A DNA stretch of 32,000 nt from Candidatus Heimdallarchaeota archaeon. Its GTDB lineage: Archaea; Asgardarchaeota; Heimdallarchaeia; Heimdallarchaeales; Heimdallarchaeaceae. The stretch covers positions 1 to 32,000 of the forward strand of contig DAOVER010000013.1 in NCBI GenBank assembly GCA_030668875.1, written 5' to 3'. A program made the translations under genes and the position numbers. The notes beneath the pieces are model-generated. The model was not told the DNA's origin. It made no database searches and was given only the letters and a program-made list of their open reading frames with translations. Shown here piece by piece: positions 1-9,880 of this stretch; position 1 is the first letter of the stretch; each line of letters opens with the position of its first letter.

Positions 1-1
1 A

Positions 2-352
2 ACCACCCAGATGTTCGTCACCATCCCCTTCCTGAAAATCATTGAGATCCTAAAGTACAAAGGAGCAGAACAAGGGATAAAGGTGGAGACCATTCCTGAA
101 CAATACACCTCCAAGAGCAGTTTCCTGGATAATGAATTCCCCAAAGAACGGAAAAGGTACAAGGGAAAAAGGATCCACCGAGGGTTGTTTCGTTCTGCTC
201 AAGACCACTTGATCAATGCTGATGTTAATGCTGCGTATAATATTCTGATAAAAAGCGATCCGAAAGCTTTGTCTAAACGCAAGGTGAACGGGGTAGGAGG
301 ATACGTGATGTATCCACAGAGAGTGAGTATAGAGTATCTTCGCTCTACATGA
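2..352 (+). mobile_element. tnpB: 3' part of IS200/IS605-family TnpB (RNA-guided endonuclease, IS605 OrfB-like); truncated by window start
   Basis: Frame is open from position 2 (TTQMFVTIPF...). Contains the TnpB C-terminal signatures E-x-YTSKxSFLD, GKRIHRGLFRS and INADVNAAYNI (RuvC-III Asp). A 6-bp hairpin GGATAC/GTATCC lies at 299-315 near the 3' end. Confidence 0.85.
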
Positions 353-645
353 TGACCTCTAAGCATGACATGTACCTAGCTTTGTCTAATAAGACAAGAA
401 GACAAATGAACATCATGATGAAATTGGTTTTTATTCTTAAAATTAAGAAAGATTTCACTTCAAATCTAATGATTCTATTGATTCTTGAGTACTGCAAGCG
501 ATGAAAGTCGGCATTAAAATAATGAAACAACTATATATTTCTTTGCACAGAATAGTAAACGAATAAGCAATTTCTATTTTAACCAACCACTAGTTTTATA
601 TAATAATATGAATGTCCAAGTATGCATTAAACTTGGGGTGGTATA

Positions 646-927
646 ATGACTGAGATATTAGAATTAAGTGATGAAGAACCAATAATAGGATTAGCAAAAG
701 CTTTATCCTCGCCAACTAGATACAAGATCGTCAAATTATTACTTGACAAAGAAATGGATATTTCCAGTATTGCTAAAAGAATGAAGCAGACAGAAGCTAA
801 TACATCAGCTCAAATAAAGTATTTAGAGCGTGCTGGAGTATTAGATAGCAGATACGAACCCGGTGCACATGGGGTCAGGAAAGTTTGTAAAACAAGAGTG
901 AAGAAAATCATTCTAAATATTGTGTGA
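646..927 (+). CDS. ArsR/SmtB-family winged-helix transcriptional regulator
   Basis: 93 aa; AKALSSPTRYKIVKLL followed by an HTH and beta-wing (ANTSAQIKYLERAGVL...VRKVC). Confidence 0.8.
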   Translation: MTEILELSDEEPIIGLAKALSSPTRYKIVKLLLDKEMDISSIAKRMKQTEANTSAQIKYLERAGVLDSRYEPGAHGVRKVCKTRVKKIILNIV

Positions 928-938
928 TTTTGTACATA

Positions 939-1484
939 TTAACCTTCATTCTTTTTAGCTATAACAGAGATATCTTCGATAGTTAATTGCCAAAGCTTGA
1001 GTATAGAGAATCTTGCTTTGTGCATCATTTCTTTTATTTTTGTATCCGAAAACAATTTAGTTAAGGCAGTTAATATAATGATGCCCTCACATCTAAGAGA
1101 AGAATATATCTCTTGTAGTGTTATTTGAGGATCAGGAACGTTTTGTATTACAGATACACAAATAATTTTGTTAAATCTATTTTCCTTGAATGGTAGATGA
1201 TCGCTATCAGCACATATGAAATGGTTTGCCTTATGTTTATTTTTACCTTCTTTTAACATCTTAAATGAGATATCACAACAAAAAATATTTGATGTTTGAT
1301 TCTCCATAAAATCAAGCAACAAACCTGTTCCTCCACCGACGTCCAATATAATCTCCGAATTATCTACATCTATTTCAGAGAATATTTCATTATATTTCTT
1401 CATTTGAATGTCAAAATATCTCTTATCATAATGTGTAGCTGTTGCATCGTATCTTCTTCTGACCTCATATTTTTTGTCTTTCAT
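939..1484 (-). CDS. Class I SAM-dependent methyltransferase (UbiE/Methyltransf_11-like)
   Basis: Motif I ILDVGGGTG, acidic CDIS, ADSDHLPF; 181 aa. Confidence 0.85.
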   Translation of the reverse strand: MKDKKYEVRRRYDATATHYDKRYFDIQMKKYNEIFSEIDVDNSEIILDVGGGTGLLLDFMENQTSNIFCCDISFKMLKEGKNKHKANHFICADSDHLPFKENRFNKIICVSVIQNVPDPQITLQEIYSSLRCEGIIILTALTKLFSDTKIKEMMHKARFSILKLWQLTIEDISVIAKKNEG

Positions 1485-1537
1485 TAAATAACAATAAGAA
1501 AGAAAAGAATTTTAAGTTATCCCATTATTGGTAACTA

Positions 1538-2431
1538 ATGTCTATAACTCTATATGGGGCAAGGATACTAAAGGACCTTACAAATCAAGAATTAAGAGTT
1601 CTTAATATGGTTGAAACTCTTCTAAAGAAGGGTGAGTATGCTCCAGTAGAGAAAATTACTATATATTCAGGTTACACTGAAAAAGAAGTAAGTTATATTG
1701 TTTCTAAACTCAATAAGAAGAAATTACTTAGAAGGTGGACGGGTCAATTTGTGGGTTACACTCTTACTTTTGCAGGATTTGATGCTTTAGCTTTAAACTC
1801 TCTCTATAACAAAAAGGTAGTTGCTGGAGTTGGACGTGCAAAAGGAGTAGGAAAGGAGAGTGACATTTATTACGCTATAGATTTTGAAGAAAATGAGATT
1901 ATGCTAAAAATTAATCGAACAGGGAGAGCTAGTTTTCAACAAGTAAAGAAAAGGAGAGACTTGTTGAAAGGAAAATTTCATTATTCTGTTTTTTCTTTAG
2001 CGGAATTATCTTCAAAGCGAGAATATGAAGTGCTGTTAAAACTTCAAGAATCAAAACTACCTATTCCCAAAATGCTTGGTCGTAATCGTCATATTATTGC
2101 AATGAACGTAATTGAGGGAATAGAATTGGTGAAAGTTCAAAATCTGAAAAATCCTCTTAAAATACTTGAAAAAGTGATTGAGTACGCTAAAATATTATAT
2201 AATAAATACAATATCGTTCACGCAGATCTAACGGAATACAACATTCTATACGATAAAGATAAAGATTCTATAGCAATAATCGATTTTCCCCAAGCAATTT
2301 CAACAGACCATCCAGACGCGGATTTGATTCTGGAGAGAGATTTCAGCCATCTCTTCGATTACTTTGGGAAAAAATGGTTTATTAGTCCTGAAGTTGAAGA
2401 TGTTGTTGAGTATATTGTTGGAAAGAAATGA
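1538..2431 (+). CDS. rio2: RIO2-type serine/threonine kinase/ATPase (small-subunit ribosome maturation)
   Basis: N-terminal winged helix (GYTLTFAGFDALAL), GVGKESDIY, catalytic HADLTEYNIL, IIDFPQ. Confidence 0.9.
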   Translation: MSITLYGARILKDLTNQELRVLNMVETLLKKGEYAPVEKITIYSGYTEKEVSYIVSKLNKKKLLRRWTGQFVGYTLTFAGFDALALNSLYNKKVVAGVGRAKGVGKESDIYYAIDFEENEIMLKINRTGRASFQQVKKRRDLLKGKFHYSVFSLAELSSKREYEVLLKLQESKLPIPKMLGRNRHIIAMNVIEGIELVKVQNLKNPLKILEKVIEYAKILYNKYNIVHADLTEYNILYDKDKDSIAIIDFPQAISTDHPDADLILERDFSHLFDYFGKKWFISPEVEDVVEYIVGKK

Positions 2432-4566
2432 AGGTGGTAGGTATATCAAAAGAAGATTCTGATTTCATAATCATAGGTGTAGATATTCTTCCTCAGAGCA
2501 TTCCATCAAAAACAACTCACTATTCAGTTTGTGTTTATGATGGAAATAAAGAAGAAATAATCAAGAATTATAAGAAAGTAAATCTTCAAAAAATAATTGG
2601 TTTAGCACAAAGCTCCCAGGCTTCATATGTAGCAACCGATAATGTCTATGAATTAGTCAAAAACCCTTCACAGATACCTCAATTATGCATTCAATTATTA
2701 CCCAAAACAAAATTAGTTCAAGTAACTGGTTCACCTGTTCATGGCTTTACATCTTTATCTAAGCTCATGCGACAAAATGGGATGAACATACCTAGTAAGC
2801 TTACACCAATTGCTGCCGCAGAAGCATGTAGTATCCTGTCAAGCAAAAAACTTGGATATGTCATAGAACCTTTTGAGGACGAAACAAAAATCATTGTTTC
2901 TCGATCTAGAGTAAAGGGTCCTGGTGGCTGGAGTCAGAAACGATATGGACGATTGCTTGATACTTCTGTAGGTCAAGAAGCTAAGAAAATAGAAGCACAG
3001 CTCATTGAATTAAGATTAGATTATGATAAAAGAACTGCAAGAAGTAAATTTGGTGCAAAACGAGTGGTATTTAACGTTTATGCTCCTCTTTCGGAAGTTA
3101 CTAAGACTTTTAGAAGAAAACGAGGAGAAACATGTCAAATTCAGATTCATCCCGTTAACAAGGAAAGAGTTGAATTCATTCCTTTATCTCAACAAGTTCA
3201 GATTAAATCTACTCTCAGAAGGTTAATTGTAGGTCTAGATCCTGGTTTAACTATTGGTCTCTCAATTATGGACTTGAATGGGAAAATTTTGAAAATTGCT
3301 AGTTTCAGGGAGGCTAGCAGAGGGCAAATTATCAGAGAGATTACAAAATATGGTAAACCCACACTGATATGTGTTGATGTATATCCTTATCCTGCATATG
3401 TCGAAAAAGTAGCTGCAACACTTAACTCTCGTACTTATACACCAAGAAGTGTTATGACAGTCTCCGAAAAAAATGAAATCTCAAGAAAACTTGCTATGCA
3501 ACATGGTGTTCTAGTCAAAAATGCTCATCAGAGAGATTCCCTTGCTTCTGCATATAAAGGCTATACTAAATTTAAAAATGAATTCGAAAAAATCGACCGA
3601 AAATACTATAACCAGTTTGACCGGTCAATAAGAGATGAGATTAAAGATTTAATTGTAAAAGGAAAATCTCCAATTGAAGCTGAAAACATAATAAATCAAT
3701 CATTAGTTGAAGAGAAATTTAAACCTACTGCAAAAACTAAAGAAAAAGTCCATCCTACTCCAATCACCACTGATGACCTAAATTCTAAGATAGTAATGCT
3801 ACAGGAACAGCTAGATTGGGAACGAAGAAAAAACAGTGAGTTGTATATAGAATATCAGTCTTTGGAAGAAAAAATGGAGTATTTAGAGAACAAGTTGCTA
3901 GAAGGAAAAACAGAATATATGGAGACTCTTCAAAGAGAAAAGGCCTTTATAGTTAAAGAAAATGAGATATCCTTCCTAAGAGAGAAGATGAATAATATTG
4001 AACAAGAACTTGAAAGGTATGCGGATAGGGTTGATGAACTCAAGAAAGTTTCTTTGTTGCGAGGCATTGAAGGCTGGGTTCCATTAAAAGTTATAAGAAA
4101 GTTTTCTCAAGAGGAAATTGACAATACTACAAAAACTTATGGTTTGGGTCCAGGAGATGTTGTTTTAATCTTAGATAGCACTGGTGGGGGAGGAAAAACA
4201 GCAGAACAACTGCTATCATATAGAATCAAGGGTATGATTTGCAATGTTGACCAACTATCTTACAATGCTAAACTGAAATTGTTAGAAGAAGAAATACCTA
4301 TGGCAAAACCAACTGATGTTGAGATAATTAGAATTGACGAAATAGCTGTAATTAAGGAAGAAGATCTCCAAAAGATGTTAGAATCTGCAAAAAAGGAAAT
4401 GGATATCAAAATAACTGAGAAGAAAGAGGAAATCTTAGATAGCTTACTAGATGAGTATAGAGATGAACGTAAAAAGGAAATTAAAGAACACGATGAGCGA
4501 TTAAGGATTGAGAGAAACCGCAGGTTACATCCATCTGAGGATGATGTAGAAGATGAATTAAATTGA
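2428..4566 (+). CDS. DUF460-family protein (RNase H-like fold plus long coiled coil)
   Basis: GVDI at the N-terminus, GPGGWSQKRY, IVGLDPGLTIGLS, NAHQRDSLASAY and a C-terminal coiled coil; ATGA overlap with rio2. Confidence 0.75.
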   Translation: MKVVGISKEDSDFIIIGVDILPQSIPSKTTHYSVCVYDGNKEEIIKNYKKVNLQKIIGLAQSSQASYVATDNVYELVKNPSQIPQLCIQLLPKTKLVQVTGSPVHGFTSLSKLMRQNGMNIPSKLTPIAAAEACSILSSKKLGYVIEPFEDETKIIVSRSRVKGPGGWSQKRYGRLLDTSVGQEAKKIEAQLIELRLDYDKRTARSKFGAKRVVFNVYAPLSEVTKTFRRKRGETCQIQIHPVNKERVEFIPLSQQVQIKSTLRRLIVGLDPGLTIGLSIMDLNGKILKIASFREASRGQIIREITKYGKPTLICVDVYPYPAYVEKVAATLNSRTYTPRSVMTVSEKNEISRKLAMQHGVLVKNAHQRDSLASAYKGYTKFKNEFEKIDRKYYNQFDRSIRDEIKDLIVKGKSPIEAENIINQSLVEEKFKPTAKTKEKVHPTPITTDDLNSKIVMLQEQLDWERRKNSELYIEYQSLEEKMEYLENKLLEGKTEYMETLQREKAFIVKENEISFLREKMNNIEQELERYADRVDELKKVSLLRGIEGWVPLKVIRKFSQEEIDNTTKTYGLGPGDVVLILDSTGGGGKTAEQLLSYRIKGMICNVDQLSYNAKLKLLEEEIPMAKPTDVEIIRIDEIAVIKEEDLQKMLESAKKEMDIKITEKKEEILDSLLDEYRDERKKEIKEHDERLRIERNRRLHPSEDDVEDELN

Positions 4567-4568
4567 AT

Positions 4569-4811
4569 TTAAAGATCATCTGCTGATAGTTGTACAAGAA
4601 GTATGTTATTCCCTCTAACAAATATGTTTCCATAATTTGAAACTTCTTCATCATCAATAATTTCTATTGCGTCATTCAAATGACAGTTCATGTATTGATC
4701 AAAACTTTGAAGTTTTCCTTTATATTTCACATTGTCTTTTAATCTGATTATAATATATTGTCCAATAACCTTTCGTAGAGTATTGATGGGAATGCTGTGA
4801 ACGTTGCTCAT
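4569..4811 (-). CDS. lsm: Sm-like archaeal protein (Lsm/SmAP)
   Basis: Sm1 motif GKLQSFDQYMNCHL and Sm2 motif FVRGNNILL; 80 aa. Confidence 0.9.
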   Translation of the reverse strand: MSNVHSIPINTLRKVIGQYIIIRLKDNVKYKGKLQSFDQYMNCHLNDAIEIIDDEEVSNYGNIFVRGNNILLVQLSADDL

Positions 4812-4856
4812 ATTTACACCAAGTAGTAAGAGTTACTGAATCGGGGGATTGCCCAA

Positions 4857-4866
4857 TATTTAAAAA
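4857..4866 (-). promoter_or_regulatory. Candidate archaeal TATA box for lsm
   Basis: TTTTTAAATA on the minus strand about 45-55 nt upstream of the lsm ATG, followed by a small GGG-CAAT-CCC hairpin. Position is plausible but unverified. Confidence 0.3.
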
Positions 4867-4891
4867 GATTTTGATTAACGAACTCAATGCT

Positions 4892-6385
4892 CTATTTCTC
4901 AAAGCTTTTTGCTGATTCTTCAAGATTTTTTGTTTCCATCGTAGTTGTCTTACGTCTTCGAATTTTTACTGAAATAGGATGATTAACAGCATTACCCACT
5001 ATAACTGCTTCACCAACACCAAGTGAAGTAATCGAACTCAAAGTAGCTCTGTCTATTCCTTCTGATGATTTTCCTATGTAATCAAGGTCATAAGGATTAA
5101 GAATTTTCATAATTATGTGAGTGTTACATTGACTAAGAGCAGTGGTTGACAATTTTACTGGACGTTGACTAACTAGTATTAAAGAAGTGAAAAACTTTCT
5201 TCCTTCACGTGCTATTGTTTCTATAATAGGTCGAGCGATTGCCATTTCTAGTCTTGATTCACTTGCAAATTGATGTGCTTCCTCTAATATGATAGTAGTA
5301 GGAGGGACCAATTGTTTTTTGCGTAGATTGAAAATCCTGAAAAGAATATAGCTAACAATCATCTGTTTAAGTTTTAGACTTGTAAACTCACTGAGATCAA
5401 AAATTACCAGTTTGCCTGGTTTTAATATCTCTTCAAGATTTGGGTTTTCAATTTGCCCAAATAACCGCGTTCCATTCAACGAGTAGAGCCATCCTATTAG
5501 TGCTTCTTTGCTCCTTGGGTTTATCTGATCATCTTTTTCGAGTTCTTTCAAAATATCATCAATAGAATAACTTATTCCTTGTTTTGTTTTCTCTTTGTAT
5601 AGCTTGGAAGTAATCTTTGATAGTTCCCTAGTTTGAACTGAGGACATTTTGGGTTCATAGATAGCAAATTGTCTCCCGCTCAAAGAGTTGGTCGCAAATT
5701 GGATTAAAGCAGCAGGAAATACTTCTATTGAATTTGCAAATGGAGACTTGTCCTCTGTCATTCCCTTGTATTCTCCATGGACATCAAAGAGTACCATAGC
5801 TACTCTCCCTTCTTCTTTTGTTCTTAACAATAGCTCTTCAATAACCACTGAAACTGTATAAGATTTACCTGCACCTGAAATAGCTAGAATTGCTGCGTGT
5901 TTCTGCAGGAATCTTGTTAAATTCAACCTAACCTCTAATTCGTGTTGTCCAATAACCCCAATATTCAATCCCTTTTCACTCTGTAAGCCTAGGAATTTAG
6001 TTAGAATTTGCTTATCTGGTGAGTATACAGTTTCACCTGGAGATACTGGATACATTAATCTTTGAATACCTGTTTCAGTTATAATCCCCAAAGGTTTTGC
6101 TTTGGCAATAATATATTCCCATCTATCAGCTGGAAAAATAGACGCCAAAGTTTTTCCACTAGTTTCATAAGCTCTTACAGCTGATGGAGAGGAGAAATAT
6201 CTGTTTGTCTTATAAACTTCGTTAACAACCGAAATCACTTCTCCTTCTTCAGAAGGAACAACTATAAACATCCCCTTTTGCAATCTAAATTCATCTTCAG
6301 CTTTGGTTAAAACAAAACTGAATTGTGTTGGATTAGGTGAATGATCTTCATCAACTATAATTGTACCTATGCTTTTTTTTGCCAT
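4892..6385 (-). CDS. herA: HerA bipolar DNA helicase/translocase
   Basis: N-terminal HAS barrel, Walker A ISGAGKS, Walker B ILEEAHQF, AREGRKF, SQRP; directly downstream of nurA. Confidence 0.9.
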   Translation of the reverse strand: MAKKSIGTIIVDEDHSPNPTQFSFVLTKAEDEFRLQKGMFIVVPSEEGEVISVVNEVYKTNRYFSSPSAVRAYETSGKTLASIFPADRWEYIIAKAKPLGIITETGIQRLMYPVSPGETVYSPDKQILTKFLGLQSEKGLNIGVIGQHELEVRLNLTRFLQKHAAILAISGAGKSYTVSVVIEELLLRTKEEGRVAMVLFDVHGEYKGMTEDKSPFANSIEVFPAALIQFATNSLSGRQFAIYEPKMSSVQTRELSKITSKLYKEKTKQGISYSIDDILKELEKDDQINPRSKEALIGWLYSLNGTRLFGQIENPNLEEILKPGKLVIFDLSEFTSLKLKQMIVSYILFRIFNLRKKQLVPPTTIILEEAHQFASESRLEMAIARPIIETIAREGRKFFTSLILVSQRPVKLSTTALSQCNTHIIMKILNPYDLDYIGKSSEGIDRATLSSITSLGVGEAVIVGNAVNHPISVKIRRRKTTTMETKNLEESAKSFEK

Positions 6386-7552
6386 TTAGACACCTGTTTT
6401 AAATGGTAACCTACTTCTTCGTTTTTGTAATGAGAAGCTTGAGTAACCAATCTTTGCTGCTATTTCATCTACTAGGATATCAGCATCAGTCTCCTGTATT
6501 CGTGCTCTAGCATCTGCTTCTATAATAACATTTGGCAGTCCATACTCAGGATTATATTTAGATACTGCATTAACTAAAGATGAGATTTTCTCTACTACAT
6601 TACCATCTTCAATATTTAATACTGGGAATTCAATTCTTAAAGGCGTATCAAATTCAGCTGTTTTTTGATAGAAGCAATGGATTTCAAAATCTGGTAAGTT
6701 TTTATCTGTTTCATCATTGAACTTTGTGAGTAGAAACTCAAATGTTCGTTCATTTGTGTCTAGAACTTGAAACAGTAAATCTGTATCTCGAAGTTGTCTG
6801 ACAATAGGACGATAGTTTATTTCTATTAATTGTTCAAACCCCTTTAATCTGCTTAAATGAGGAAGAATAGCTGCCAACTTGTTTGTAAGAATAGCAGAAC
6901 GAGAATCCTTAACAACTCCACATAATGCTACTCGGTTTCTTTGGCACTTTGAATAAAGTTTCCGATAAAGCGCTTTTAGATTTAGATACTGTTGCAAAAG
7001 AAACTCACTTTGTTTGACTTCCCTGCTATCTAAAACAGGAAGAACAGATCCATCTAACATTATTATATCAGGTTGATCTTCTTCTAAAAGAGATAATCCA
7101 CAACGAATCTCTTTCTGCATACGCCAGATAGAAATCAGTGTTTCAAGCTCATTCTGGGATAAAGGTTCAATACTAGTAAGTATATCAGGAAAGGGTTGCT
7201 CTTTAGGAAAATATCGAACCAGTGGATTATCGTCTTGACGATGGTAAAAAAGAACACCCACAGCTCGGATGAGTGCGATATCAAAAAAATTGAGCGATCT
7301 GTGAATAACTCCACCATCTACACCAGCTATTTTCAAACCATCTATATTTGTAGAAGGTACTTTTTTTGTAAATGTGGTATCTGTTGTAACGATACCAAAG
7401 TTCACTGGAAATTTAGAAGGATTCAAAGTTTGTTTTGCTTGTTTGAACAGATTCTGAAAGAGTTTTCTATGTTCATTATATTTCTGAATTTTTTTTGAGA
7501 TATCATCAATTACTTTGTCGATTTTATCATGAACTCCCATATTGCTGGTCAC
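6386..7552 (-). CDS. nurA: NurA 5'-3' nuclease
   Basis: IAGVDGG, MLDGS, GVVKDS, YGLPNVIIEADARARI; abuts herA with no gap. Confidence 0.88.
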   Translation of the reverse strand: MTSNMGVHDKIDKVIDDISKKIQKYNEHRKLFQNLFKQAKQTLNPSKFPVNFGIVTTDTTFTKKVPSTNIDGLKIAGVDGGVIHRSLNFFDIALIRAVGVLFYHRQDDNPLVRYFPKEQPFPDILTSIEPLSQNELETLISIWRMQKEIRCGLSLLEEDQPDIIMLDGSVLPVLDSREVKQSEFLLQQYLNLKALYRKLYSKCQRNRVALCGVVKDSRSAILTNKLAAILPHLSRLKGFEQLIEINYRPIVRQLRDTDLLFQVLDTNERTFEFLLTKFNDETDKNLPDFEIHCFYQKTAEFDTPLRIEFPVLNIEDGNVVEKISSLVNAVSKYNPEYGLPNVIIEADARARIQETDADILVDEIAAKIGYSSFSLQKRRSRLPFKTGV

Positions 7553-7599
7553 TAATAGTTATGTAAACATTATCCTATATTAAGTAAATGTGTTTTTCA

Positions 7600-9222
7600 C
7601 TATCTTTGTGTAGATCTTTCTGTTGCTGAAGTAACAAATTGCATGAATGGTGGAGCTGGTTTCTGTGGTCGTGATTGAAATTCAGGATGATATTGTGTAG
7701 CAATAAAACACGGGTGATTATCCAATTCAAGTGTTTCCATCCTTTTCCCATCTTCAGACCGACCAGAGAAAATTAAACCTTTCTGCTTAAGCAGTTCAAT
7801 ATATTCTGGGTTTACCTCATATCTATGTCTATGTCTTTCTACTATGACGTTTGATTCATATAGTTTCTCGAAAAGGGTTCCTTTTTCAATGAGAATTATG
7901 TGCTTCCCAAGCCTCATAGTTCCACCTAAATCACTAATTTCCTTCTGTTCAGGTAGGATGTCAATTACAGGGTGAGGTGTTTCGAAATCGATTTCAGAGG
8001 TATTTGCATTATCGAGATTACAGCTATTTCTAGCGAATTCAATAACGGCAAGCTGAAATCCATAACAAATGCCCAAGAAAGGGATTTTGTTTTCTCTACA
8101 ATAGGCTATCACAGAAATTTTACCTTCAGCTCCTCTTGCTCCAAATCCTCCTGGGACTAGGATACCATCAAATTTGTTTAATTCATGAATCCTTTCTGGA
8201 TTCTCTTCATAATCTTCGGTTGAGATAAATTCGATACTAGCTTGAACATTATTATGAGCTGCAGAATGTCGGATAGCTTCCTTTACACTAATGTAAGAAT
8301 CAGCTAGTTCAGTATATTTTCCAATGATGGCTATGTGTACATTCTTATCTTTCTTAGAGAATTTTTCAAGCAATCTCTCTTCTTCTGACCAATCAGCTGT
8401 AATGTCCTCAAATCTAATTTTAAGATTCAGAGTTGAACCAAATCCTTGTTTATCCAAATATCGTGGTGCTGATAAAACATTGTCTAAATCAGGCAATGAA
8501 AATACCGCATTAGCAGGCACATCACAGAACATAACAATTTTTTCTTTTGATTTCTGTGTCAGGTCATTAGCTCCACGAGCAACCATTATATCTGGTTTAA
8601 GTCCCATGGCCTGCAAGTCTCTTACTGCATGTTGGATGGGTTTTGTTTTCTGCTCTTTCAGATTCGGCGGTTCTAAAATATAGGTGACTAGTGCCAAAAG
8701 AGTGTCTTCTTGAGGCATTTCTCTTCGAAGTTGTCTGATTGCTTCTAAGAAATGCTGACTCTCAATATCACCAATTGTGCCCCCCACTTCTATGATTAGG
8801 GCATCCAAATTTGGTTCTCTTTCAGCAATATGCTTTATTCTGTGTTTGATTTCATCTGTTATATGGGGAATTACTTGAACTGTTTTCCCCAGAAAATCTC
8901 CTTTTCTCTCTTTTTCTATTACAGATTGGTAAACTTGACCAGTTGTTATATTTTGATCTCCACACATCTCCAAATTTAGTATGCGTTCATAATGACCAAA
9001 ATCAACATCAATTTCTGAACCATCAGCTGTTACATATGTTTCCCCATGTTCATAAGGATTCATAGTTCCCGCATCAATGTTAAGATAAGGGTCGATTTTG
9101 ATAACATTAACCTTTTTCCCACGTACTTGGAGATTCTTCCCTATTGAAGATGTTACAACTCCTTTCCCTAATCCAGAAATTAAAGCTCCACAAACAAAGA
9201 TATACTTCGGCACATAAAGCAA
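7600..9222 (-). CDS. pyrG: CTP synthase
   Basis: SGLGKG, DPYLNIDAGTMNPYEHGE, GGTIGDIE, glutaminase GICYGFQ, HRHRYE, QYHPEF. Confidence 0.97.
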   Translation of the reverse strand: MLYVPKYIFVCGALISGLGKGVVTSSIGKNLQVRGKKVNVIKIDPYLNIDAGTMNPYEHGETYVTADGSEIDVDFGHYERILNLEMCGDQNITTGQVYQSVIEKERKGDFLGKTVQVIPHITDEIKHRIKHIAEREPNLDALIIEVGGTIGDIESQHFLEAIRQLRREMPQEDTLLALVTYILEPPNLKEQKTKPIQHAVRDLQAMGLKPDIMVARGANDLTQKSKEKIVMFCDVPANAVFSLPDLDNVLSAPRYLDKQGFGSTLNLKIRFEDITADWSEEERLLEKFSKKDKNVHIAIIGKYTELADSYISVKEAIRHSAAHNNVQASIEFISTEDYEENPERIHELNKFDGILVPGGFGARGAEGKISVIAYCRENKIPFLGICYGFQLAVIEFARNSCNLDNANTSEIDFETPHPVIDILPEQKEISDLGGTMRLGKHIILIEKGTLFEKLYESNVIVERHRHRYEVNPEYIELLKQKGLIFSGRSEDGKRMETLELDNHPCFIATQYHPEFQSRPQKPAPPFMQFVTSATERSTQR

Positions 9223-9262
9223 AAGGAAAACTATGATATAAATTTTGTTACTAATATCAAAT

Positions 9263-9880
9263 TCATTCTACATTTGAAACATTAACAATAGCCTTCCACT
9301 TTTCTATTGCTTCTGAAACAAATTCAAATAGCCATCGTTCTTCTGGTGTAAAGTTACGCGTTTTAGTGGTAATATTTCTCCCTTTTTCAGCAATTTTTAT
9401 GATCTTGGAAAGTCTCATTGTCATGAGTTCTCTTAATTTCATGTCAATAGCTTCAATTTGACGATAAGGAATGGATTTTTTCTTTTCCTTAAACTCTTCG
9501 TAAGTCTTCCTCATAGCAATATAAAAGTAGGAATTTAGTTTTTGTAAAGCAATGTTTTCCCCTTCTTTTTCTGCCATGTTATATAGTTTGGGAAAATTAA
9601 TTTCATTAATTTCTTCAAACTCGATATAGCCGTCTTTTTCCAGGGAAATAGCAAGCCAAAAGGGAATCTTTATTCTAACTCCTTTCAACAATTTTATTTT
9701 TCTGTCTCCCATATCGAATTCTTCTAAATTCTTTAAACATTTGACAGAAATATCCTTATTTTCAAAATCAAATTGAATTCTTTCAAGCTCTTTTAATACT
9801 AATTCCTCTGAACTCACAATTACCAACTTGACAGTATTTCTAATATTTTTAAAGTATTGCTCATTTGGAGAAAAATTCAT
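9263..9880 (-). CDS. gins23: GINS complex subunit, Gins23 (Psf2/Psf3-like, B-A domain order)
   Basis: N-terminal beta domain ending in KIPFWLAISL, helical domain with LMTMRLSKI and NFTPEERWLF; near mcm. The true start may be downstream of the annotated Met. Confidence 0.75.
   Translation of the reverse strand: MNFSPNEQYFKNIRNTVKLVIVSSEELVLKELERIQFDFENKDISVKCLKNLEEFDMGDRKIKLLKGVRIKIPFWLAISLEKDGYIEFEEINEINFPKLYNMAEKEGENIALQKLNSYFYIAMRKTYEEFKEKKKSIPYRQIEAIDMKLRELMTMRLSKIIKIAEKGRNITTKTRNFTPEERWLFEFVSEAIEKWKAIVNVSNVE

Noticed and set aside
345-530. 61-aa minus-strand ORF after tnpB
   Set aside because: TTG start, no recognisable motif, overlaps the probable IS end.
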